Origin: Leptonemataceae bacterium
Lineage (GTDB): Bacteria; Spirochaetota; Leptospiria; Leptospirales; Leptonemataceae
NCBI GenBank assembly: GCA_965227295.1
Contig: OZ245742.1
Span: 640,001 to 704,000, forward strand
DNA length: 64,000 nt
Direction of reading: 5' to 3'
Positions within the stretch are counted from its first letter, which is position 1. Each line of letters opens with the position of its first letter. Shown here one piece after another: positions 49,336 to 58,742 of this stretch. Made by a program: the position numbers and the translations under genes. The notes under the pieces are model-generated. The model worked only from the letters and a program-made list of their open reading frames with translations, ran no database searches and was not told where the DNA came from.

Positions 49336-50466
49336 ATGCTGCGCCTTCTGCATTGCTCCGACTTACATCTCAGCGCCCGGGACTCCGACTCCAACGAACG
49401 TGAGTACAGCCTTGATGTCCTCCGGGAAATCGTCACGCATGCCGAACGCGAGGAGGCCGCCGCCATCCTCATCGCCGGGGATCTCTTCAACACCTTCTCC
49501 GACGCCGAGGCCCTGCGCGCCCCGGTGCGGGACATCCTCGCTCAGTACTCCGGCGAGGTGTTTTACGTACCCGGCAACCACGAGGAACTGGAGCGGGGCC
49601 GCAAAAGTCTGGCCCGCCTCGACCTGGCGCCCCTCCAGGTTCTGCAGGAGCTGCCGGCTTCCCTGCTGCGCCGCGAGTACAACGGACTTACGCTGGAGAT
49701 CGTAAGCATCCCGCACCAGAAAGAGTACGGCGACGCACCGTCCCTCGGACTCCCGGCGAAGGACGCAGATCTGCGCATCGTCATGGCCCACGGCATTGTC
49801 GCCGACCTCGCTTACTCCGGGCCGGCGGGCGCCGAGGAAAACGAAGCCGGCATCCTCGACCCGCGACTCTTCGTCGGTCTGGAAGCAGACTACGCCGCCC
49901 TGGGTCACATCCACGCGCGGCGCCTGGAAAGCCGCAACGGAGTTACGTTCTGTTATCCCGGTTCGCCCCGGGTCTGGCGGCGCGGCGAAAGCGGTGAGCG
50001 CACGGTGGCCCTGCTGGATGTTAACGCCGGTGGCTCCTTCCACGTTCGCTTCGTACCGATCCAGACGGCCGGAACCTACCGGCGCGTGGAGTTGCCGCTC
50101 TCGCTACAGGGCGAGGCCCCGGAGCTCTACGACGCCGACCTGTGGCAACCCCAGGACTACGTGGACCTGCGCCTCAGCGGGCTCGTGGAAGATGAAAACA
50201 CCGTCGTCAACCTCGAAGGTGAACTGCGGCGACAGCACGGGCAACGCGTACGGCGCTTCGAAGTCCGCCGGGACGATGTGGAAGTCCTGGAAGGCGTCTC
50301 CGGCGAACCGGTGGCCCGCAAGTTCCTGGAACTCTGGAAACAGCGGGAACCCGTAGTGGCCCCGGGCAAAACCGACGACGAACGCGAATCGTACAACGTC
50401 TACCTGCGCGCCCGGGAACTGGCCCTGCACGAAATCAAACGCGCCCTGGAAGGCCGCATACGCTAA
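49336..50466 (+). CDS. SbcD/Mre11/YhaO-like metallophosphoesterase
   Basis: HCSDLHL, AGDLF, PGNHE, MAHG, YAALGHIH, YPGSP. Confidence 0.92.
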   Translation: MLRLLHCSDLHLSARDSDSNEREYSLDVLREIVTHAEREEAAAILIAGDLFNTFSDAEALRAPVRDILAQYSGEVFYVPGNHEELERGRKSLARLDLAPLQVLQELPASLLRREYNGLTLEIVSIPHQKEYGDAPSLGLPAKDADLRIVMAHGIVADLAYSGPAGAEENEAGILDPRLFVGLEADYAALGHIHARRLESRNGVTFCYPGSPRVWRRGESGERTVALLDVNAGGSFHVRFVPIQTAGTYRRVELPLSLQGEAPELYDADLWQPQDYVDLRLSGLVEDENTVVNLEGELRRQHGQRVRRFEVRRDDVEVLEGVSGEPVARKFLELWKQREPVVAPGKTDDERESYNVYLRARELALHEIKRALEGRIR

Positions 50467-50502
50467 CATCCCAACACAAACTTTTAGCCAGGATCGATCA
50501 AC

Positions 50503-52908
50503 GTGAGCACCCAATCCAACGACCTCTTCGCCCCGACCGCCGTCACTCCCGACGACGCTCCGGAAAATCAACTGCGCCGCCTGGAACTGCGCCGTTTCGG
50601 AAAGTTCCAGGATCGCAGCTTCGACCTGGGCCCGTCGCTCACCATCTTCCACGGAAAGAACGAGGCCGGTAAAACGACCCTCTTCGACGCCCTGTCCGAG
50701 GCGTTGTGTCGCCCCAAGGGCTCGCACCGCATGGGTAAGGCCATTCGCGAACGTTACGGGGACGAGTACGAAGTCGGCCTCATCGACGAACACGGCGAAG
50801 ATCTGCGCGCCGGGAAAAACGGCGCCGTCTTTTCCGAGGACGAGTTTCAGAACCTCTACGCCGTGCGTGCCGGAGAAAACGAGATCCGCCTGGACGCGGG
50901 CGGCAAGTGGGTGGAGCGTCTGAAGGCCCGTCTGTTTTCGGCGGACGTGGACCCGGCCGTCATTGCAAAGAACCTCGGAGAAATCGTGAGCGAGGACAAA
51001 CGTCGCTCGCATCAGAAAGGGCTCATCGCCGCGCAAAAAGAGTACGACGATCTCTCGGCACAGCTGGATCAGAAACGCAGCGAGTACGACGGCATCGTCG
51101 CACGGGAACAGAACATTGAACGTTTGAATGCGGCCCTCGCGGAGAATCAACAAAAGATCACGGCTTTGCAAGAACGCTTAAGTACCGGCGAACAAGAGTT
51201 AGTCCGCGAAGACCGCATTCGCGAGCGCGCCGGTTGGGCCCGGCGCTGGAAGGACCTCGTCGATCTACAGAAAGCCGAGCAGCGCGCCCGGGATCTGAGC
51301 CGCTATCGCACGGACGAACACGCGGACCTGGATCGCATCGAACAGAGCATCGCCGATGTACGCACGCAAGCCGGCTCGGTCCAGGCCGGTCTGGAGCACA
51401 AGAACGGCGACCTGGAACGCCTGCGCAAAGACCTGAGCGCCCTGGAAGAACTTTCGCCGGCCTTGAAAGCCCGGAGCGAGACCGCGGCGCTCTGCCTGGA
51501 TCGCATTCAACAGAACGTACACAATCGCTACAGCCGCCAGGTGGTGCGCTGGAACAAATGGATGCTCGGCGCCGCTACGCTCTTGACCGCGATCGGAGCG
51601 GGGCTGGGGTTCACGCTGTCCGGAGAAGTTGCTTACATCGGTATCGGCGTGGCCCTGGTCGCGGCGAGTGCCCTGGTTTCGTTTGCGCGCAGCAAAGAAC
51701 TCGTCACCGACGACGGCCCGCATCGGGAACTGCTGGCAACGTTGCAGGACGAATGGCGGTCTCGTTTTGACGAAGATCTCAGCGCGACCAACAGCCTGGA
51801 CGCTCTGCGCGAAGAACTTGTTCGCCGCCGCCATCGCTATGAGAGCGAACACCTCCGCGAAATGGATCGGCTGGCCGCTGAAATCCGCAGCCTGGAAGAA
51901 AACGTGCGTACCCTGGAGCAACAGCGCGACGACCTCGGCCGGCGCATGACGGAGCTGGAGGAACAGCGCAATGCCTGGCTGCGCGAACACGATGTCCGCG
52001 ACCGCGATGAATACCTGGAACGTTGCCGGGCTTTCGCGGCGGCACGATCCTCCGCGACGGAACTGGAACAGCGAGTGCTGCGTGAGTTAAACAAACTGCA
52101 CGCGTCCGCGAGAGACGGAGAGGCCCCGGCTTCGGGCGATCCGGAATCTCTCCGCGAGGAATGCGAACGCCGGCTGCGCGACTTTGATCGGGAAGGCGTA
52201 CCCGAAAGCGGTCGGAGCGATGCGGAGTACCGTCGCCTCAAGAACGAAACGGAAGCAGCCCGGAGCGATCTGGCAGCCTTGCAGCAGGAGAATCGCAGTC
52301 TCGCCGAACGCCGCGCCGGGGACGCCGGAGAACTACGTGGCGCCACCGCGCGGCTCAGCCGGGAAATCGGCGAGCTGGAACAACGGCTCCTGTATGTGGA
52401 GCAGGACATCGCAAAGAAGAAACTGGATCGCAAGGCGGCGGGCCTGGCGCTGGAAATCTTTGAAACACTGCAACAGGACAATCATCTCATGCTGGAAGAA
52501 CTCGCGCGGGATCTCCAGGGTTCCGTGGCAAACATCCTTCCGGAACGCGACGTGCGCTTTGCCGAGCCGTCGTTGAACATGCAGACCTTCTCGATGCAGG
52601 ACGCCGGCGGCACCGAACGTCCGGTGGCCCAACTATCCCGAAGTACGGCGGACTCATTCTTGTTCGCGGCGCGGGCGGCCCTGGCCCGTCGCAGCCACGA
52701 CGATGGGCGCCCCGGCATTCTGGTTTTCGACGAGCCCTTCGCGTCCTTCGACGACGAGCGAGACGTACGCTGTCTGGAGTTTCTACGAAAGTTTCAGAAC
52801 GAAACCGGCTGGCAGATCATCCTCTTCACGAAAGACCGCCGCTTTTTCGAAGAAGCGCGCACTATGTTCCACGACGCGGTCGCACACGAACTGGAAGCCG
52901 CCCGGTGA
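50503..52908 (+). CDS. SbcC/Rad50/YhaN-like coiled-coil ATPase
   Basis: RFGKF, GKNEAGKTT, long coiled coil with 2 central TM helices, LSRST, VFDEPFASFD. Confidence 0.9.
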   Translation: MSTQSNDLFAPTAVTPDDAPENQLRRLELRRFGKFQDRSFDLGPSLTIFHGKNEAGKTTLFDALSEALCRPKGSHRMGKAIRERYGDEYEVGLIDEHGEDLRAGKNGAVFSEDEFQNLYAVRAGENEIRLDAGGKWVERLKARLFSADVDPAVIAKNLGEIVSEDKRRSHQKGLIAAQKEYDDLSAQLDQKRSEYDGIVAREQNIERLNAALAENQQKITALQERLSTGEQELVREDRIRERAGWARRWKDLVDLQKAEQRARDLSRYRTDEHADLDRIEQSIADVRTQAGSVQAGLEHKNGDLERLRKDLSALEELSPALKARSETAALCLDRIQQNVHNRYSRQVVRWNKWMLGAATLLTAIGAGLGFTLSGEVAYIGIGVALVAASALVSFARSKELVTDDGPHRELLATLQDEWRSRFDEDLSATNSLDALREELVRRRHRYESEHLREMDRLAAEIRSLEENVRTLEQQRDDLGRRMTELEEQRNAWLREHDVRDRDEYLERCRAFAAARSSATELEQRVLRELNKLHASARDGEAPASGDPESLREECERRLRDFDREGVPESGRSDAEYRRLKNETEAARSDLAALQQENRSLAERRAGDAGELRGATARLSREIGELEQRLLYVEQDIAKKKLDRKAAGLALEIFETLQQDNHLMLEELARDLQGSVANILPERDVRFAEPSLNMQTFSMQDAGGTERPVAQLSRSTADSFLFAARAALARRSHDDGRPGILVFDEPFASFDDERDVRCLEFLRKFQNETGWQIILFTKDRRFFEEARTMFHDAVAHELEAAR

Positions 52909-52916
52909 TCGAAGCC

Positions 52917-52973
52917 GCAAATCCGCACCCCGGAGCCCCGCGGATAGAGCGGGGCTCCGGGGTGCGGATTTGC
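52917..52973. repeat. Perfect 25-bp inverted repeat with 7-nt loop
   Basis: gcaaatccgcaccccggagccccgc-ggataga-gcggggctccggggtgcggatttgc. Confidence 0.95.
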
Positions 52974-53001
52974 TTGATGGATTTTTGATTTTCCAGGCGA
53001 G

Positions 53002-53125
53002 GACGCCGTTCCGGTCCGCCTTACGACGTTCCCCGGCATGTCCTCCGTCCGTCGGCTGGAACCAGCTGTACCCATACAACCCTTACCAGAATCCAGGCAC
53101 AACTTACCCTGCGATTCGGGGCGTC
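53002..53125 (-). ncRNA. Candidate structured ncRNA of unknown class
   Basis: GACGCC/GGCGUC closing stem, further CCG/CGG and UCGC/GCGG pairs, central bubble, inner hairpins; folded by eye only. Confidence 0.35.
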
Positions 53126-53167
53126 TAAGAATTACGAACGGGATTTCCAGCAACAGCGACACGAACC

Positions 53168-54277
53168 TCAGTTCCCGCCGCCACCGCCACCGCCGCCTTG
53201 ATCGTTGTTACCACCGCCGTCCTGCTGGTTGAACGACTCCGGCTTCTTCTCGTAGTACTTCATTCGCACGAGGACGTTCACTTCTTCTTCATAGATTTCG
53301 TCACGAGAATCGGTGAGGTCACGACGATACATGGCCGGCACGCGTAGATCGAAGACCGGGTGCAGCTTCTTCGGCAGCACGTACGGGTTTTCCGTCCAGT
53401 TCATGGTAATGTCTTCGAGCGACGGAGTCTTCGGTTCTTCGAACAGGCCCTCTTCGGTAAGGCCGTGCACGTTGTGAAGCGCGTAATTGTCGAACGGGTA
53501 TTTCAGCGCGTAGATGAACGCGGCGTTGATCTTTGCCAGGCGCGCCATGCGAATGCTCGCAATGTAGTACTCGATGCGCTTCTTGCGATGGCCCGGCTGG
53601 ATCTTCTGGTTCTTCGTAAGATTGCGGTCAACGTTCAGAGCCAGGTAACGCACCTTCTTCGCGATGCCCAGGTGTTCGTAACCTTTCTCCACGTTCTTTT
53701 CCATGCGATACTTGTTCTTCGCCCAGTGCACCTCGCGCGGATCGTAACGACGCGCGGTGAGCGGGGCGTCACGGTCGTAGTTGAAGTCCCGCCGCTTGCG
53801 ACTGCCCGGCCCGTACTCCACTCCGACATCCACAACGGTCATGTCCTCGGGATTGTCCGGGTTCTTCTTTTCGATGGAGTCGCGGAGCATCTGCTCGGTA
53901 CGGTCCAGGTAAAACTGGGACAGATCTTCCAGCAAACGCTCGGAGCGAACCTGGGCATCGAGGAAACGATTGTACGCGTTGATGTAGTTGCCCTCGAAGT
54001 AGTAGATCATGCCTTCCTGGTAGATGCGCTTGATCTCCTTAAAAAGGTCTACGCGCTCCCCTTCCTGGTAGAGCGAGTCCCCTTCCCGGGGAGGCTGGTA
54101 GCAAGTCGGCCAGGGCTCGCAGGGGAAATTGTACACGATCGGCTTCATGACCCGGAGGTAGCCCATGAGCTCGATGCGTTTGTCCTGGGCCTTTTCGGCG
54201 ACGGAGTAGGCTCCGGCGGAGGCCGGCAGCAGCCACAGCCCGACGAGAAGGATGGCGATCATTTTCTTCGATTGCAT
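53168..54277 (-). CDS. Exported Leptospira conserved protein (LIC11274-like)
   Basis: Signal peptide; KRIELMGYLR...PIVYNFP; KRIYQEGMIYYFEGNY; gene order with DUF2225 and truA. Confidence 0.75.
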   Translation of the reverse strand: MQSKKMIAILLVGLWLLPASAGAYSVAEKAQDKRIELMGYLRVMKPIVYNFPCEPWPTCYQPPREGDSLYQEGERVDLFKEIKRIYQEGMIYYFEGNYINAYNRFLDAQVRSERLLEDLSQFYLDRTEQMLRDSIEKKNPDNPEDMTVVDVGVEYGPGSRKRRDFNYDRDAPLTARRYDPREVHWAKNKYRMEKNVEKGYEHLGIAKKVRYLALNVDRNLTKNQKIQPGHRKKRIEYYIASIRMARLAKINAAFIYALKYPFDNYALHNVHGLTEEGLFEEPKTPSLEDITMNWTENPYVLPKKLHPVFDLRVPAMYRRDLTDSRDEIYEEEVNVLVRMKYYEKKPESFNQQDGGGNNDQGGGGGGGGN

Positions 54278-54434
54278 AACGATATCCGAAATTCGTGGAT
54301 TTCTACTACTGTAAGCTCCAGGCGGTCGGCACCGCCGGAGCGGGCGCAGAGACAGCCCGCGCTAAGTTTCCTATCGGAAATTCAAGACAGAAACCTGATT
54401 GCCTGCAACGGAAATTTCGGGCATTATGGCAACT

Positions 54435-55325
54435 ATGGCAGCAGCGAAGACCAAGGCGATTTCGTACCGTTCCAAGAAAGAGACCCGGTGTCCGGTCTGT
54501 AACTACGAATTCGCCCAGGAAAACATGCACTCCGGCGGCGGCCGGCTCATTGCCGGAAAGCTCACCGAGGAACTTCGCCGCCTGTACGAGGTCAGCAAGA
54601 AGTACGGCCGCGTCTATCCCCTGGCCTACGAAATCGTCACCTGCCCGCAGTGTCTCTATTCCAGCTTTCCGAAAGACTTTGAAAAGCTTGAGCCCGCGGA
54701 GGCCGCCGAGCTCAAGAACGCCGGCCAGGAACGACGTACCGGCATTGAACGCATCATCGGCCCGGTGGACTTCAACGAGGACCGCCACCTGGTGCTGGGG
54801 GCGGCCTCCTACATCCTGGCCATCGATTGCTACCAGAAGCGCGACACCGGCGTGGCCCCGACGCCGAAAAAGGCCATCTGCTCCCTGCGCGGGGCCTGGC
54901 TCTTCGGCGATCTACACGAAGAGTTCCCGGACATCGGCTTCAACAAAATCTCGGATTTCCTCTATATGAAAGCCGTGACCTACTACCAGCCGACCCTGGA
55001 TATTATGAGCACCGGCCGAGAACCCCACGATCAGTTTCTGTCGCTGCTGGGTCCGGACACGGACAAGAACTGGGGCTTCGACGGCGTCATCTACATCAAC
55101 GGTTATCTCACGAAGAAGTACCTGGACCGCCTGGCGCCCACGAAAGAGAAAAAGATCGAAATGCTCGACCTCTGCAAACGCCACCTGGGCAAGTTGTACG
55201 GCATGGGCCGGGCCTCATCTTCCAAGCCGTCGGTAATCATCGACCTCGCCAAGGATTGCTACGAGGCGATTTCCGAGGAACTGGATGAACTCACCGGCGC
55301 CAACGCCGAGGCCGCCGCGGGTTAA
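54435..55325 (+). CDS. DUF2225 domain protein (Zn ribbon)
   Basis: CPVC...CPQCLYS; SLRGAWL. Confidence 0.85.
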   Translation: MAAAKTKAISYRSKKETRCPVCNYEFAQENMHSGGGRLIAGKLTEELRRLYEVSKKYGRVYPLAYEIVTCPQCLYSSFPKDFEKLEPAEAAELKNAGQERRTGIERIIGPVDFNEDRHLVLGAASYILAIDCYQKRDTGVAPTPKKAICSLRGAWLFGDLHEEFPDIGFNKISDFLYMKAVTYYQPTLDIMSTGREPHDQFLSLLGPDTDKNWGFDGVIYINGYLTKKYLDRLAPTKEKKIEMLDLCKRHLGKLYGMGRASSSKPSVIIDLAKDCYEAISEELDELTGANAEAAAG

Positions 55326-55348
55326 ACGCAATCCCGGCTCGCTGAAGC

Positions 55349-56185
55349 ATGTCCCGGTACGCTCTGGTCCTGGAGTACGACGGCGGCGGTTATGCCGGTT
55401 TTCAGTTCCAGGCCGGCCGCGATACCGTCCAGGAGCGTTTGCAAAGCGCGCTGAGCACGTATCTGCGTGAGCACATCACCATCCACTGCGCGGGGCGAAC
55501 GGACGCCGGAGTGCACGCCACCGGCCAGGTCATCTCCTTCGATTCGCAACACGAGGATCTTTCGCAAGACCGGCGTTTCCTGAAAAGCGTCAACGCCATT
55601 TTGCCCGCGGACATCGCCGTGCATTCGGTGGACGCCGTGCCGGCGGATTTCCACGCGCGTTTCTCCTGCATTGCCCGCAGCTACGAGTACTTCATCTGGA
55701 ACGATCCCATCAAACCCGCGCTGGGCAAGGACCGCGCCGTGTGGATTCGTTCACCGATCTTCGACGATACGATGATCGAGCGCACGAACGCGGAGTGCCG
55801 GGAACTCCTCGGCAGCCAGGACTTTGCCGCGTTCACCCGCGCCGAGTACCGCGACGAGGTCACCATTCGTTATCTCGATACCCTGCGCCTGGATCGTCTC
55901 CACGATCCCGCCTCGGACCGCGCTTCGCTGCTGCGCCTGTCCATTCGCGGGAACGCCTTCTTGCACAACATGATTCGCATCCTCGCGGGCACTATCGTGG
56001 ACCGCGCCCAGAACAAAATCACCGCGCCCCTGGTGGAAATACTCCACGGCCGGGAGCGCACGGCAGCGGGTCGCACCGCTCCTCCCGGCGGGCTGTATTT
56101 TCGCGCCGCGTTTTACGACCCCGCGGACGTCGGCGACGCAAGGTCCCTGCGCACACTGGAAAAATATCCGCGCTTTCGGACATAA
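55349..56185 (+). CDS. truA: tRNA pseudouridine(38-40) synthase
   Basis: LEYDG, AGRTDAGVHA, FHARF, GNAFLHNMIR, TAPPGGLY. Confidence 0.96.
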   Translation: MSRYALVLEYDGGGYAGFQFQAGRDTVQERLQSALSTYLREHITIHCAGRTDAGVHATGQVISFDSQHEDLSQDRRFLKSVNAILPADIAVHSVDAVPADFHARFSCIARSYEYFIWNDPIKPALGKDRAVWIRSPIFDDTMIERTNAECRELLGSQDFAAFTRAEYRDEVTIRYLDTLRLDRLHDPASDRASLLRLSIRGNAFLHNMIRILAGTIVDRAQNKITAPLVEILHGRERTAAGRTAPPGGLYFRAAFYDPADVGDARSLRTLEKYPRFRT

Positions 56186-56266
56186 GTCGCGGTTTTGGGT
56201 GAACAGAAAACAACATGCGGCCCTCTAACTCTGCGGGTGCTATCGCCGCTGCCTGTGCTCAGGTCT

Positions 56267-56383
56267 TGCGTTAGCGATTGGAGGGGTGCGCGTTAGCGCA
56301 GTCCGGAGGGCGAAGCCCGGAGGACCGGAGCGAAGCGGAGCCCCGGAAAGCGCGCCCCGAGCGCAGCGAGGGAAACGCCCAGA
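56267..56383 (-). ncRNA. Flavo-1-like structured RNA / repeat, copy B
   Basis: Minus strand TCTGGGCGTT...CGCGCTTTCC...ATCGCTAACGCA. Confidence 0.65.
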
Positions 56384-56452
56384 CTAACATTATTTGAATA
56401 CACATTAGTAATTTCGATTTACTGCAATAAATCCAGTGATTCTTGAGATTTT

Positions 56453-56567
56453 TTTGGGCGCCTCGCCGCTACGCGGCGACCGGGCTGCTACAGGCTCCGC
56501 CTTCGGCTTCGGTCCTCCGCGCTTCGCGCTACGGACTCGCTACGCGACCTTCCGCATCCCTGGCGCG
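56453..56567 (+). ncRNA. Flavo-1-like structured RNA / repeat, copy C
   Basis: TTTGGGCGCC...CGGGCTGC...ATCCCTGGCGCG. Confidence 0.7.
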
Positions 56568-56720
56568 AAGAATTGTCTGTTCGAACATGAGCCGGCATGC
56601 CGGGGCACGTTGCTCTTTCATCCATTCGACCGCCTTTCCCGATTTCGGTGGTTCGTTAATTTCTTGAAGGCGCGGGGCGTTCCGAATCTCTATCCAAATT
56701 CCACCGCGATCCGCGTGCTC

Positions 56721-57368
56721 ATGAAGTTTTCCGCTTTCAGTTTCCCTGGTTTGTCCCTCGCCGCCCTGGTGCTCGGCATCCTGCTGGCCGTTCCCTCCGA
56801 ACTCGCCGCCCAGGATCGCCCGTCGCGGCTGCGTCATGAGTTCGGTATCTGGGTGGGCGCCTCCAATCCCGTGCCGGGCACGGCCGTGGACGAAATCCTG
56901 GACGCGAACGTCGGCGGCGGCGGCTTTTATCGTGTCAACTGGCCGTGGGTCCTGTACACGGAGTTCGGTTTCTCGTGGAGCCAGTACTTTTCCCGGACGA
57001 CGCAGACGCTCACCGCGGCCCCGGTCTACGGCGCCATCAGCTACCAGTTGCCCATCGAGTTCAAAGTGCAGACCTTTTTGAAAATCGGGGGTGGTGCGGC
57101 CTGGCTGGAAGTCCGACCGGCGAACCGCAGCGGTTGGGAGCCGCTCTTTTATTCGGGCGTGGAGTTCTCGATTCCCGCCAGCCGGCGTCTGCGCGTGGGC
57201 CTGCGCCTGGACTACAATCTCATCTACGAAAAACACCTGGATCCGCCGGAACAAAATCTGCTGCTGCTCCTGGGCAACGACGATCCGCGCTTCCAGGAAG
57301 CCGAAGTCTACGAAATCAACAACGGCCACTTCTTCCACTTCGGCCTCTTCGTCTCGTATGCGTTCTAG
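56721..57368 (+). CDS. Outer-membrane beta-barrel protein
   Basis: Signal peptide, amphipathic strands, C-terminal FGLFVSYAF. Confidence 0.8.
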   Translation: MKFSAFSFPGLSLAALVLGILLAVPSELAAQDRPSRLRHEFGIWVGASNPVPGTAVDEILDANVGGGGFYRVNWPWVLYTEFGFSWSQYFSRTTQTLTAAPVYGAISYQLPIEFKVQTFLKIGGGAAWLEVRPANRSGWEPLFYSGVEFSIPASRRLRVGLRLDYNLIYEKHLDPPEQNLLLLLGNDDPRFQEAEVYEINNGHFFHFGLFVSYAF

Positions 57369-57395
57369 TCCGCTAAGTGTCGGCCGATAAATATT

Positions 57396-58730
57396 ATGAA
57401 ATTTTCTCGCAGCATTCTTACTCTCTTCACCGCGGCCCTGCTGGGCGGTTCGCTCGCGCATTGCAACGCCTTCGACGGCGACGACGGTCTGCCGTTGATC
57501 TCGACGCTCATCAACAGCCGCATGGTGGTGATCCTTAAGGGAACCTACGCTACGGATGCCCCGCTCAACTTTAATCAAATCAACGGTGACACGATTTTCC
57601 GCGACTCCGACGACGCGATTGGAAACATCGGCGACCCGGTAACGACCGGCTGTCTGCCCTTCGCGGATCCGGCGTGCATGCCGCGTTACTCGCAGTTGCC
57701 CATTTACATCGACATCGGAGAGATCCGCCTGTCTTCGCGGAACCCTTTAGACGAGGATCTCACCCAGGTTCAAAACCAGGAACAGTCCGAGGAGTTCTGG
57801 GACGTCGTTTCCACGGAACGCCAGGTCTACTGTTCGCAACTCTACTCCATCGACTTCGGTGAGGACGCGTGTTTCCAGACCGGCGGCCTGATCAACTTCC
57901 AGGAATTCATGAACGGACGCGGTGCCGTGTATCCCAGCCGCGACATCGGCTCCGAAGTTTACCTGCACGCCGGCGTCTTCGTGCGCGCCTTCGCCACGGG
58001 CTGGGGTTTCGTGAACGGGGCCCTGGCGGAGGACCGGTTCGATAACCGCGACATCATCGGCTCGAACGTCATTCCCCTTTTGAACTACGATCCCAACGAA
58101 GACGAGGTCATCCAGTCACTGATCGCCCCGGATTGGTTTCCGTTGCACCATACGATCCAGCTCGGCCAGGAGCCGACGCTCTACAAGGATTTCGCCAACA
58201 ACGCCCTGGTGCTTGAAATTCGCTCGAACATCAAAGAGAACATGATGCTGCATTCGTTCCAGAACGCGAACGACGAAACTCAGTCCGTCGTTACCATGAG
58301 CGATTGGCGACGCAATCACGACGACAGCTTCGACGATCGCGGCATCAACATGGGCGGCAGCGTACTGACCCGGGCACGCATGTTCTATCCCGCCGTTACG
58401 AATACGATGATCATTGACGGCGGCGTGGAAAGCACGCGGCACTACTACGCGGTCTACATTACGAACGAACAGGATCAGGGCGACCAGCTCCCCTACGCCG
58501 CGACCCCGGTGCGCAGCGGCAGCAATAACTCGCTTGCGAATCTAATGCCGCTGCCGTATACCGTCCAGTGCCGCTACGACTGCCGCCACGACGGGTACCC
58601 CGAAGTGGTCCTGAGTTCCAGCGAGACCATCTTTACAAACAACGGCCCCGGTGTGGTCTACATCAATCTGCCCTGCGGCTGCGGCATCGACCCGCCCGCA
58701 GGTTGTGATGCGGACCCGGGCTGCTATTGA
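57396..58730 (+). CDS. Surface lipoprotein (LIC11270-like)
   Basis: Lipobox LAHC; RMVVILKGTYATDAPL; IYIDIGEIRLSS. Confidence 0.75.
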   Translation: MKFSRSILTLFTAALLGGSLAHCNAFDGDDGLPLISTLINSRMVVILKGTYATDAPLNFNQINGDTIFRDSDDAIGNIGDPVTTGCLPFADPACMPRYSQLPIYIDIGEIRLSSRNPLDEDLTQVQNQEQSEEFWDVVSTERQVYCSQLYSIDFGEDACFQTGGLINFQEFMNGRGAVYPSRDIGSEVYLHAGVFVRAFATGWGFVNGALAEDRFDNRDIIGSNVIPLLNYDPNEDEVIQSLIAPDWFPLHHTIQLGQEPTLYKDFANNALVLEIRSNIKENMMLHSFQNANDETQSVVTMSDWRRNHDDSFDDRGINMGGSVLTRARMFYPAVTNTMIIDGGVESTRHYYAVYITNEQDQGDQLPYAATPVRSGSNNSLANLMPLPYTVQCRYDCRHDGYPEVVLSSSETIFTNNGPGVVYINLPCGCGIDPPAGCDADPGCY

Positions 58731-58742
58731 ACCGGAGGGTTT

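Noticed and set aside
53002-53030. SRP RNA (GGACCGGAA on the minus strand)
   Set aside because: Lacks the following GxAGCAG half of the SRP helix 8 motif
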